A stretch of DNA of 64,000 bases from NCBI RefSeq assembly GCF_964188315.1, contig NC_135666.1:45756001-45820000 (forward strand), given 5' to 3'. This document shows, piece after piece, positions 49,121-61,043 of this stretch; positions within the stretch are counted from its first letter, which is position 1, and each line of letters opens with the position of its first letter. Under the pieces are notes generated by a model, which saw nothing but the letters and a program-made list of their open reading frames with translations, was not told the origin of the DNA and searched no databases. The translations under genes were made by a program, and so were the position numbers. The DNA comes from Podarcis muralis (lineage: Eukaryota).

Positions 49121-51257
49121 CTGTAACAAGATTTTAAAAATATTGTACTTGAAAAACAACAACCTATTGCAACCGGCACAGGGGGGGAAATTAGTTTCCT
49201 ATCATAGTTAATTTGAACCAACATTTTAATTGTTCAAAACTGAGCAGCATAATACCACAAATGCCTTATACACAGAAAGATGAAATGCAGCTTCATATGC
49301 TCACTGAAATAAATAGTGGAAATGTGAAGATTATATTCAGCAATGCTGCCACAGTTATTACCTTGGTGGGTGCAGATTTTAATTTTTTAGATACTATTTC
49401 CCCCTCTCCCCGGACAAATTATTCACCTTTGTTTATATATATAAACACATCTTTATTGTGCCCTGCATGCAACACACTAACCTAAAAATAAATTTTAAAA
49501 AATCAACTATTGGGTGAAAATGGGTATCATGGAAAACTGCTAAAGCATTTAAAACAATACTTAACAGCTTGAAAATTATCACAATTTTACCATACTAATT
49601 TAAGAGTGAAGTTTGTACAGGAAAGAATACAATAGGAGGAAATGCAAACAACATTGTTTATACCCCTGTTGCTAGCCATCAAGTCTAAAGTAAGCAAGAT
49701 TTTGTTTCCAGGTACCGTCCCATTTCCCTTGGGAACTTAACGGTCATTTTAAGAACTCCCAACATTAGAAGCAGTTGGTGTTTTGTTTTTTTTAAGCTTT
49801 TCTATTTGTTGCTAGCCTATGTAAATAGCCTGGCAGCATATCTTCACAAAAAATCTGGAACGACGTCAAGTGAAAAAGCACTGTTAGCAAGAATCAATGT
49901 TTGTTTCCCTAAAAAGTGGATTTAGAATTGCACAAAATATGTTCAGGAAGAGGATCTGAATGAGAACTGTGCAGAGACATTCTGTGGTTTTAAAAATAAA
50001 TTCCTTCTCTCAAAATTGGACGCTGTTCTTAAGGACTAGCGGGCTATATGAATTGTGACAGACACACAAATAAGAATGTGTTAAATGTTGTTGGTCAGCA
50101 CCTGTGTACCTTCAATGTTACTGAAAAAAATCCGATTGAGAAAGAGCTGTTTGAGTATGATTCTTAGAACCATGACAACCAGCCAGTGTATATGCAACTT
50201 CCTTACATAACATCAAGTCACTGCCATGGAAACCAAGCCACGTCACTGACTGCCCCTGCCATGCTCATCTCAAATCTAGTGAGGAGAGAGCACCAAGACT
50301 TGGCTTGTATTTACATATACAGGAGAAAAAAGGACAGTTTTCTCACACACACACACAAAAACTCCAAACAAAAATATTAGACCACAAATCCCATAGTGAA
50401 GGCCTAAAACATTCAGAAATTGCTCCTTGTGAGACCAGATCTTCATGGTTTACAGAAGCTGATAATCACACCGTATTTCTAAGGCGTTTTGAAGCAATTC
50501 CAGCATCACAGCAGATGCTTGCCTTCTCAATTTCTAAGTCTCTAAAACAGTGTTTTGCAACCTGTGGGTCATGACCCACAAGTAGTTCACAAAGCCTGAG
50601 CAAGGGGGTTGTGGGCTTTATGTAAACCCAAAATAATTGCTGATTTTAATCTGAACTGGTGTAATAAACACCTGTTACACCATTTCATTTTGTTAGCATA
50701 TTACAATGTTGTGCTGAACTGAACAGTGGAAAGGTTTGAGTCTTACATTTTGGGAAGTGAGGTTATCCAAATTTTTAACTGCAATAATTGCTTAAATAAT
50801 TCAAAATGTCATTTTCACATAAAATCAGTATTAAAGCAGTGGAGACAGACAACTACAGATCAGGCTCAACAGTTTCAACTAGACTTTTACACAATGTCTT
50901 TCCCACGGTCTACCCCACCCCAGCAATCCACTGTGATGATGTTCTCACTCTTTCTTGCCCCCTTCCTTTCTGGTTTGGAGAGGATTTCCTGTCTGTGCTG
51001 TTGCTACAGCGTGCTTGGCCTGCAAAGTGATCCAAGTTTGGTTTACTGTTATGCCACTGATGACAGTGCAGGTACAGTTCAGGAAATGAGTTGCACTAAA
51101 AAAAGTCACACACAATGACGGGATGACAAGAAATTCAAGATGTCATCATAAAAAGGTTGTGTTGACAGGAAATAAGGCACAACTGTCCCATGAATTCAGA
51201 GAAGTTAAGCAATTTAGTGTGGTAGCACCAATTTTGGACTGAACGTAGAACCAAATA

Positions 51258-51498
51258 CAGAGGTACCTTGGTTGTCAAACTTAATCCGTCCTGGAGTTAT
51301 TTCAACTCTCAAAATGGTTTGAAAACCAAGGCGCGGCTTCCAATTGGCTGCAGGAGATTCCTGCACTCAAGCGGAAACTGCGGAAGACGTTCGGCTTCTG
51401 AAAAACGTTCACAAACTGGAACATACACTTCTGGGTTTGTGGTGTCCTGGAGCCGATTTGTTTGGAAGCCAAGCCATTCAACAACCAAGGTACCACTG
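51258..51498. mobile_element. Tigger-like MITE, complete
   Basis: TA|cagaggtaccttggttg ... caaccaaggtaccactg|TA. Confidence 0.9.
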
Positions 51499-52007
51499 TA
51501 TCTCTTATTTTTCATTCCTTTCTCTGTTGCCAAAGCAATGCAACTGAGTTTATAATACATACTATGTGACTTGAACAATCGCTTCAGATCAAAAGTTTTA
51601 TGGGGCTCCGATACACGTACAAAGCTTGAGGCCTGCTGTCTCATTTATTTTCGTAACTGAAAGTTCTGTACTCAAATTAGGCTTCTGGATGCATGGAATA
51701 TCCACAAACACTCTGGAATCTCTAAATGAAGTTAATGTAATTTAATGCAGCAATTGGCTAGGATACAATGCTTGATGTCAGAGGTTGCACACCAATTTTT
51801 GAACTTAATCCTGGAGGAAAGTTGAAAGAAGCTGGATAGCATCCTATTCGGAATGTATCATACCTAGAGGATGAGGGTGAAAATAATTCTGACAGGACCA
51901 CTGATTATGTCACTTTGGCATACAAACTATAAATCTTAAACGGAGTAGACACACCCCTCCAAAAATTGCTGTGGGTGGCAATACCAGGCTCCAGAAGTAA
52001 TTTAGTA

Positions 52008-52248
52008 CAGTCAAACCTGAGTTGTCAAACATAATCCATTCTGGAAGCCCGTTTGACTTCCAAAATGTTTGACAACTGAGGTGTGGCTTCCGATTGGTTG
52101 CAAGAGCTTCCTGCATTCAAGTGGAAGCTGCATCAGATGTTCAGCTTCTGAAAAATGTTCAAAAACAGAAGGATTTACTATCGGGTTTTCAGCGTTTGGG
52201 AGCCAAAATGTTCCAAAACGGAGCCATTCGGGAACAGAGGTTTGACTG
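52008..52248. mobile_element. Tigger-like MITE, complete
   Basis: TA|cagtcaaacctg ... gaggtttgactg|TA. Confidence 0.88.
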
Positions 52249-52379
52249 TACTAAGGACATACTGATACTTCCCTGACCAAAATGCTCATAGTGATCTTGA
52301 GATGGAGGGTGAAAATCAGGAAATGTAGTAACGGATGCCTTCAATTGTAATCACAGAGACTGTTAGATGAATATTCTGG

Positions 52380-53160
52380 TCACACAAAAATATGCATTTT
52401 TCATTAGCCTCAATATAGTGCCCTGAACAGTTGGTCATGGAATCCACCAAAGGAGGAAAAACTATGGATGCTGCTCAGAAGTTCAAACACTGTTGAAACC
52501 AACTGGAACTAGTGACCACAATGCTATGAAATCCAACACGCATAAGTATTCAATTGTCAAAAAATCCAACACAATCACATTTGACTTCAGAATAGTAATC
52601 TTTTACAAGTCCCCTTATTTTAAAGGTTACTATTATTATTTATTAAGTTTCTATACTGCCCCTATCCAAGAAATACATACCACAGTAGCAAACAATACCC
52701 CTCCACCCTGTGCGCACACAGTTTAAAAGGTCAGATTGGCTAATTAAACAAAATTGAAAGGGAAAATCTTCCCACAAAGCCAAAACAATTGCTCAGCTAG
52801 AATGTATTCAGTTTATCAGAAAAGATACTACCAAATCCAAGGATGCCAATGTTGTTAAAGAAACAAGCGTCAAGGAAGCTATTAGAAGCAAGAATGCTTC
52901 ACTCAGAAAACTGAGGTTTTGCCCAAATGATAATATGGAACACAAATTTGAACACAAGCAGACAATAAAGGGTGCCTAAAAAGAATTTGAGGCACACATC
53001 ACTAAAAACATTAAGATCGACAATCATAATGTCTTTAGCTACTGTCTTTAAAAAAGCAAGACACCAACTAGGTAGGCATTTGAACAATGGATGAAGAGGT
53101 GATGAGGTATACTGAAAGGAACATAAGGAAACTACAGAAAATCTGAATGAATTATCTGTA
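52380..53160 (+). mobile_element. Degenerate CR1 LINE ORF2 fragment (endonuclease end and linker)
   Basis: Remnants reading roughly AL.QLVMESTKGG, PTGTSDHNAMK and FEAHITKNIK...KETTENLNELS match CR1 ORF2. Interrupted by an AT-rich insert near 52620-52720 and by a MITE at 53161. Confidence 0.65.
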
Positions 53161-53295
53161 CAGTCGTACCTTGGAAGTCCAATGCCTTGCAAGTTGAACG
53201 TTTCGGCTCCCAAACACTGCAAACCTGGAAGTGATTTTTCTGGTTTGCGAATGTTCTTTGGAACCCAAACGTCTGACGTGGCTTCCACGACTTCA
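53161..53295. mobile_element. Tigger-like MITE, truncated
   Basis: TA|cagtcgtaccttgg start; interrupts the CR1 remnant. Confidence 0.7.
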
Positions 53296-53659
53296 GATTG
53301 TCTGCAAGAGCTTCAAATGCACCTAGAAACTGTGTTTTGGCACCCTACAACCTAGGTTCCAGGTACTGTGTGAAGCCTTGCTTTTCTTTCCCAGTTTCGA
53401 ATGCTGCTAGCAGCATTTACACCATCAGACTGCAGCAAGAGTGAGATATAGGAAAGCACACTCTGATCAGTTTTGCTGAGACCAGTTTGCCTCCCAGCTT
53501 CCATTGTGGCTGATCAGTATAAAAACCACTTTGTTAACTTTTAAGAAACAGCTCCTGAGTGTCCTTGTTCTTCTCTCCTCATCTCCTTTATGCGGTGTTT
53601 TTTAAATTGTAACTCTGAAGGCAGGAACCGTCTTGTTTTTATTGAAGCCTTTTGGGCTT

Positions 53660-53996
53660 AAAGGTAAAGGTACCCCTGCCTGTACGGGCCAGTCGTGTCC
53701 GACTCTAGGGTTGTGCGCTTATGTCACTTAAGAGGCTGGGAGCCAGCGCTGTCCGAAGACACTTCCGGGTCACGTGGCCAGCGTGACGAAGCTGCTCTGG
53801 CAAGCCAGCACCAGCGCAGCACACGGAAACGCCGTTTACCTTCCCGCTATAAAGCGGTACCTATTTATCTACTTGCACTTAGGGGTGCTTTCGAACTGCT
53901 AGGTGGGCAGGAGCTGGGACCGAAAGACGGGAGCTCACCCCGCCGTGGGGGTTCAAACTGCCGACCATGCGATCGGCAAGTCCTAGGCACTGTGGG
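53660..53996 (-). mobile_element. Sauria SINE (second subfamily), 5' end missing about 20 nt
   Basis: Tail aaaggtaaaggtacccctgcc on the + strand; body shared with the 57791 copy. Confidence 0.92.
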
Positions 53997-54016
53997 TAAA
54001 AAAATCCCAATAAATA

Positions 54017-54103
54017 CCGTATTTTTCCATGTATAAGACTAGGTTTTCCCCCTAAAAAATAATGTCAAAAATTAGGGAGCATCTTATAGATGGGAAAATA
54101 TGG
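54017..54103. mobile_element. 87-bp Tc2-like MITE
   Basis: TA|ccgtatttttccatgtataagac ... tcttatagatgggaaaatatgg|TA; terminal repeats similar to the 17010 element. Confidence 0.75.
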
Positions 54104-54196
54104 TACATAGTTCTAAAGGTTCTGTTTTTCTCAAAGAATATTACAGAAGACCATCACACAATTGTAAAGGCTCATATTTGGAGCTCACTTAGAATG

Positions 54197-54197
<1 letters not shown>

Positions 54198-54277
<80 letters not shown>
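54198..54277. repeat. (GT)n(GA)n compound microsatellite
   Basis: Direct reading. Confidence 0.95.
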
Positions 54278-54280
<3 letters not shown>

Positions 54281-54828
54281 CAGACTTGCTGTTATCTCTC
54301 TGGCTTTCAATAAACTATGTTTGAACTCTTAAACTTCCATTTATGGTTTGTTGATTAGTACAGTGATTGACTACTTGATGTAGAGCCAATGTACTAATAA
54401 AAAGTATTTATTTGCAGAAGTGTACAAACATTTAACTCTAGGTACTGATATGTCCTACCTCCTCTCAAGGAAATGACCAAGCTACCCCCCCCCCCCCAAA
54501 AATCATTCTACATCTACCCCCATTCCATAAGTGTTCCAAGTGCTGATATAGAAGATATACGAAGTAACATAGCTGTATGAGGTAAGGCTGAAAGGCAATG
54601 CAATGTCTTTTTAAACAACCCACAAGTCAATCCTTCCAAAAGAGAAAACTACCTTTTTTTTACTACCTGGTAAAAAGTAATCATCAAATTTTCAAAATTT
54701 GAAGCCACATCTATTTTTTAAAAAATCAACTTCTAATTTGCTACCATATAAGCATCTCTATTCTTTTTCCTCTTCTATTTTTCTTAAAAACAAACAAATG
54801 AAGCTGCACCCTTACAATGCACTCTTAG

Positions 54829-55001
54829 CTCCATCCCTGTTTCCTCTTGCTGTGTTGTGGCATTATTTTCATTTTAGTTTTAGTCTCTAAGGGCATTGGT
54901 CTTCAACCACACAATGATCTATCAGTTGAAGACCAATGCCCTTAGAGACTAAAACTAGAATGAATAATGCTACAACACAGCAAGAGGAAACAGGGATGGA
55001 G
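54829..55001. repeat. Long inverted repeat (about 78-bp arms, 17-nt spacer)
   Basis: 54829-54907 is the reverse complement of 54925-55001 apart from two substitutions and a 2-nt indel. Confidence 0.97.
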
Positions 55002-56053
55002 TCAAACTGGAGTAACTGGTAACTTTTATTCCTTTACTACTGAAGAAAGAGCCTGAGACAAGAGCAGAATAACCACTTCCATATGGAAGTTTAGAGTGTT
55101 AGACATCTAGCTAACTAGTCAACTTAGTAAATTACTCTAAGATATAATTAAAACACCTAAATTCTTCCTGCATAATTTACACACCCAATTATAAACAGTT
55201 CATGCAGGTGCCTCACCCTTCCTAAGTTCAAAATTTACAGCAGGGCAATGCCTTAATAAGGAGCAACTAGAATAGAAATAAATAGTGAGAAACTTTGAGG
55301 CTGAAAATTAAGCAAATGGCTTGGCTCTTGAGGCTGATGTTAAGCAAATGATTCAACAGCATCCAAAATTGGAAGCAGAAGCACATAACTCCCAAACCCA
55401 AGTCTCCTCTTCAGATAAAAGGTAATGGCTTCTAATCACTATGTTTATTACCCAAATTGGCTTCTATCAATCTTTACCAATGTAAAATGTATGCCGGCTC
55501 TCTCCCTCACAAGGGACCTCTGTTTCCATCTTTGTGGGAGAAAGATTTGAGTAACCGTCAGATTTTATATCTCCAAAATATGGGGGAACAGCCACTCGTG
55601 TTTGTGCCAGCAGCCTCTGCATCCAGAAATCATTTTACATCTAGAAGGTACTAATCTGCTTCAATGCCACTGGTGTTTCATTTAAAGAATCTTACAAACT
55701 GCAGTCTTTTGGGCACCAACATGTCCAGTTATCTCTCCCCTTCCCCCAGGAAAACACAAAAGTTTGTTTACTGTTTTGAGACATTTTAATTGGTCCTAGT
55801 ATGTTACTGTGATTTTTATATTTTCTTCTAACAGATCAACACGCCTACATGCATCCCTTATATGTTTTTACTCTCTGGTTCTAGAGAAAAGTAAATATAT
55901 TTCTATTTGGAGGCATCCCACATTCATCTAACCAGAAGCTCTGATAAATATGTCCCAACACTGTTTGCTGTAAAATGTACTCTGTTCACACCACCGCCTC
56001 CACAAGGATAAAACCGGAAAGAGCCATCGGTTGTACTGTACTTTCCCCACATA

Positions 56054-56243
56054 CAGTGGTACCTCAGGTTACAGACACTTCAGGTTACGGACTCCGCTAA
56101 CCCAGAAATAGTACCTTGTGTTAAGAACTTTGCTTCAGGATGAGAACAGAAATCGTGCGGCAGCAGCAGGAGGCCCCATTAGCTAAAGTTGTACCTCAGG
56201 TTAAGAACAGTTTCAGGTTAAGAACGGACCTCTGGAACGAATT
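56054..56243. mobile_element. Tigger-like MITE (different subfamily), truncated
   Basis: TA|cagtggtacctcaggttac start with internal repeats of tcaggtta; right terminal repeat not found. Confidence 0.7.
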
Positions 56244-57639
56244 CTCACATGTACATAGGGGCTACATTGTTTTAAACAATGTAACACTAAATGCTGACAC
56301 AGACATGCACCAGCAGAAATATCTAAAAGGAAAAGCCTTAAATGTATCTTGATCCTTATTCAATCAAGCTGTAACACGTCATGACTCAACTGATATTTCC
56401 TTTTCTAGCAAGTACGGTAAGTCCTGTTTGGGATTTATACAAGCAAGTTAAATATTCACAAATCCAGCATTTATCATAAATGTTTTTATGAAGAAATATT
56501 GATATGCTGCTCGTCTACATTTTCTGCATGCATGTGCACAGAAACACAATTAACTTGGAAATGTTCAAATTAGTTTCTCATGAATCTCCCAATACAGGTC
56601 CAGCAAGAAGTCAATGGATGTTACGGGCATCTATATTGAACTATGCTTCGTTTCATCACTGTGCTTAATTTCATTTACATTTCTCTAGTTGGCTCCTGCC
56701 AACCCACACACTGACAGCAATAGGAACAAAAAACAAGCAAACAGAATTTCAGGAAGCCTATCCATTTCTTGCATCTTCAGAAGTTAGCTGAGAAATACTA
56801 GGAAAACATCAATTAGAAAAAAACAATTATCTAATATAATTCAATTACCATATGAAATTAGCCTATTGCATAGCCACGTGAAGGACACTGAATGTCAGGT
56901 GTACAATCCCCCCCCCCCGGTGGTATTCTGGTTTGTTTTCAGGCCTGATCAACATCTGTTTTCTAAAGTCACTAGCAGAGATCTGAAGCACCTCTTGTGT
57001 ATCTTAGGCAAACACATTTAGTGACATCAAATGGACATGTACTTGTCAGAAACAACCCTGCCTTGGGCACCCTGCTTAATGTATTTTCTTCATATAACAC
57101 AAGACTTATAAATACGCTCCTACGTTACAACTATAGGGTGCCAACAGATTGTGATAACTTGAGAATACACTCCCTGCAGGCATTAACTGCCAATTCTTGC
57201 ATCCACTGAAATGATTACAGCTGTCCAGTATCATCCTCGTGTATCTGATGTTATCCTGTTCATAAAAGGAAATATCGCAGTTTGAGGGGGAAACAAACAT
57301 TTATTTGAGAAGACACTGGATGAATACAGGAGACCATTTACCAAACACTCTGTGCTACTGCTATGAACAAGAAAGCCTTACTATGTTCCTAATACTGATA
57401 GGAAATGCAGAGATGTGGCAATTCTCTGCATCATGAGAGCAAATGTGGCTGTATGTACACCACTTGATAAATTGCTGTCAGTATTCACATGCTGTCAGCA
57501 CATTCCATAGCATTCTGGGGTTCTAATGCAAACAGAGAGCTGACTTCACTGATAAATACATGAGAAATACTCTGCTTTTTCAGGAACTCCTTGTACATCA
57601 GAGTGCATCCATTAATAAGAACATAGTGCAGCCATTAAT

Positions 57640-57780
57640 AAGAACTCAGAACAATTGATCCATCAGGCTCAATATGGTCTACACTGACTTATGGGCATTT
57701 TTCCCAGCCCTATCTGGAGATGCCAAGGATTGAACCTGGGAGATTTTCATGCATGGGCTCTACCACTAAACCACAGCCCT
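57640..57780 (-). mobile_element. Degenerate tRNA-derived short SINE (Squam3-like)
   Basis: Minus strand reads agggctgtggtttagtggtagagc...ccaggttcaatccttggcatctccagatagggctgggaa...tcagtgtagac (A and B boxes). Family name from memory. Confidence 0.65.
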
Positions 57781-57790
57781 TCCTTTAGTA

Positions 57791-58142
57791 TAAAGGTAAA
57801 GGTACCCCTGCCGGGCCAGTCTTGCCAGACTCTAGGGTTGTGCGCTCATCTCACTCTATAGGCCGGGAACCAGCGCTGTCCGCAGACACTTCCGGGTCAC
57901 GTGGCCAGCGTGACAAGCTGCATCTGGTGAGCCAGCGCAGCACACGGAACGCCGTTTACCTTCCCGCTGGTAAGCGGTCCCTATTTATCTACTTGCACCC
58001 GGAGGTGCTTTTGAACTGCTAGGTTGGCAGGCGCTGGGACCGAACGACAGGAGCGCACCCCGCCGCAGGGATTCGAACCGCCGACCATGCGATCGGCAAG
58101 TCCTAGGCGCTGAGGTTTTACCCACAGCGCCACCCGCGTCCC
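57791..58142 (-). mobile_element. Full-length young Sauria SINE (second subfamily)
   Basis: CpGs retained, B box ggttcgaatcc on the - strand, 14-bp direct repeat cccttcctttagta at 57777-57790 and 58140-58153. Confidence 0.95.
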
Positions 58143-58506
58143 TTCCTTTAGTACAGCTTGTCATAATTTAGATCTCTTAGTTCCAGCTGGAAACCTTCGG
58201 ACACTTTGTATTTCTAGTGTAAATTCCTCCAAACAAACCATGTTCATTATCAAGGATGCACAAATGCTCCTAACCAAAATAAAAAATACCAACAAGCCTA
58301 ACTGCATCAACTCCAAACTAGAAGGCACTGGACTAGATAGTATGTTAAAACATAAATAGCATAATGAAGAGCTACACAGGGACCTTTGCGGACTTTCATC
58401 TTCCTACTATATTTCTAAATATTTACTTCCAATGGCTGCTTGCTCCGAAACAAAATAATTTATGCAATAAAAGTGACTTTAGTTTGCTCTGAATTCATTG
58501 ACTTAC

Positions 58507-59095
58507 CTACTGCAGGTGCATCATACTCATCACCAAGTAGAATTTCTGGAGCAGAATATGCAAGAGAACCACAACTTGTTGTGAGTTTTTTCCCAGGCTG
58601 GAATTTGTTGCTGAAGCCAAAATCAGTCAATTTCACAAGTCCTTGTTTTTCAAAGAAGACAACATTCTCCGGTTTTAAGTCTCTGTGAACTACATGCAGT
58701 TTATGGCAGTAGGATATAGCATGAACAATCTGAGCAAAGTACTTCTTTGCCAGATCTTCGTTAAGCCCTTCTTCGTGTTTCATGATGTAATCAAACATAT
58801 CTCCTCCATCACCAAGTTCCAAGATTAGGTAAAGTTTGGTCTGGGTGTCAATAACTTCATACAGGCGAACAATATTAGGATGCTGCACTAGTTTCATGCA
58901 TCTAACTTCTTGGAATAGATGTCCTGTTGCTAGAGTATCTAGCTTGGTCTTGTCAATAACTTTCACCGCTACTTTTTCACCTGTAAAAACGTGTCTGGCA
59001 AGTTTGACCACAGCAAAATGCCCTCTCCCCAAGGTTTTATCCAAATCATACAGTCCAGCAATTTTTCCATCATACCCTCGCTTGAAACCAGCCAT
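58507..59095 (-). CDS. SNRK: SNRK coding exon 1 (kinase N-lobe to activation loop)
   Basis: ATG at 59095 starts [35 protein letters not shown]..., with [15 protein letters not shown] and [14 protein letters not shown] motifs. 589 nt ending GTA G|gtaagt. Confidence 0.98.
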
Positions 59096-59195
59096 ACTGC
59101 TTGAAGTAGTAATGCTGAAACTTTTTAAAAATGGTGTCTTCTCATATGAAAGTGTTTGAAACAGATGCACAACCCATTTTCACTGCCAAACGTAC
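59096..59195 (-). other. SNRK: SNRK 5'UTR part of the first coding exon (contains two uORFs)
   Basis: Acceptor ctttttgacttctag|g places the exon start at 59195, 100 nt before the main ATG. Confidence 0.75.
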
Positions 59196-60930
59196 CTAGA
59201 AGTCAAAAAGAATATTTTTTATAGAATATACATTTACTTAAGATAAGAAGAATAAGATTTCACCTACTCTAAAAGCTGGCCTTTGGTCCAAAAAACAGGT
59301 TTAAAAATACTTTCTTGAAGGAGAATTGGAATAGCTAATTGAGATGTGTCTAAACTCTAAAAATGTATAAGATATGCTGTAGAGTTTTGCAAAGCACTTC
59401 AGAGTAGTTAGTTCAGTACACAAGTACAAATTTATTTCAGGAATGAAGAAAAAAAGAATACAAAAAAAAGTAATTCTTCCTGGGACTGCCTGTGCCTAAA
59501 ATATGCATTAAATGGGAAGAATGATGAAACTGTTGTAAGCTAATCTAAGCAAAGACATTATTCACATACAGTATTGCCATTCATTATTTAATGAGGGCAG
59601 CATAACATTAAGATCTGTGGTACCTAACATACAATTAGACCATTCAAAATAAAAAATACCCTGTAGTTACCACCACCTCAATAGTTGCTTCAAGCAACAT
59701 CTACATGCTTGACCCATGTGGTTATGTACTATGCTAGTGAAGCATCTGCAAAGTAAAAATGTCATCAGTATGATATGCAATCATATAATTCATCGCATTA
59801 TATGGAGGTGATGCTACAGGCAATGTGCAAATGAAGTTTTAGGAAAGCTCTAATGCTGAGAGTTGGAGGAAAATAATGATCGCTTTATAGGGCTAGTGCC
59901 ATCTGACTGGAAATGGGAAAATGTAGTTCATTCATGCATTAAGATGTATGAAACTTTGGGTATCTTCCAACCAAACAATAGGTACTTATACTTCAAGAAT
60001 TCAAGTATACTTCAACATCTGAGAAAACCTTGGAAGAAACTAACTCTAGTTTTTCCAAGCACAGCAGCTACATCAAAAGTGATTTCACCAAAAAAAATGA
60101 CTCTTGACGTTGCATGGCTAACTATAACTCTAATATATTTCTGCAAGAGCCAGCATCTGTCTGTCCATGGTAATCATTTTACAATGCTGTACAAGGCCCC
60201 CCTTGGTAATGAAACACCACAATGTGACTTTCCAATGTACAGAATGTGTGGGCCACACTCATGTCTAGAGTGTATAACCGTCACAAGTAGTATTGGCTAG
60301 TTCTGCTGGCAGTCATTCAGTTTTCCAGGCTTATTTAAAAACACTTTTTTTTTCAATGAATGTCCTCAACATCACTGTCAGTAGCAATTAATGGCATTGC
60401 ATTTAAAACTCTAACCTCACTTTTCCAAATCATTCCCAGTGTTCCTTCGAATTCTATAATTCCATGTTTCTAATATGCTAGTGTACAACTTTCAGAACTC
60501 CATGGAAATGCAGTCTCTCCACAGAAAATGCTTGTTCCCAACCACTGTAAGCACCCTTAACCTGCTAATACAGGGATATCATCTGGGGGGGAAATCTCTC
60601 TTTTTTTGTATTCTTGATACCAGAATATAAAATTCATTCATGGTACATTTTTATTTAAAAGTATATATGCATGCTTTCTCTACTAATTCCTCATTACAAT
60701 ACAAGAGCTCAGCAATCAGGAAAGGATCACAGTTGCATGTATTAAGGGAGCAGCCAAAAAACATGCACACGCATTTCATGACATATGGACGGCATTCAGA
60801 CACAATGTGAAACCATGGTTTACCATTATGAGAATAAGCTACAGCTAGCCTCAAATCTGCATACTTCCCCGTTTAGCATGGCCATGAAGAGATCAGGAGT
60901 TACTGTTTTATATAACAGTTTAGCAGGCCA

Positions 60931-61043
60931 TCTGAACTCTAACCTAAACTATAGTTAGTTGAAACAAGCCAGTTTAATAAACTGGTTTGAGGTTGGTTTG
61001 TTTCAACAAACCGTAGTCAAGGTACAGTTTATTCAAGTTCAGA
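60931..61043. repeat. Degenerate palindromic (MITE-like) element
   Basis: tctgaact/agttcaga ends, gttgaaacaagcca/tggtttgtttcaac inner arms and a ccagttt/aaactgg core. Confidence 0.5.

Noticed and set aside
59096-59170. In-frame N-terminal extension of SNRK shown in the ORF track (MHLFQT...)
   Set aside because: The track's first codon is GTG (not ATG) in a weak context, and the recognisable SNRK start [10 protein letters not shown] has a strong Kozak context at 59095.
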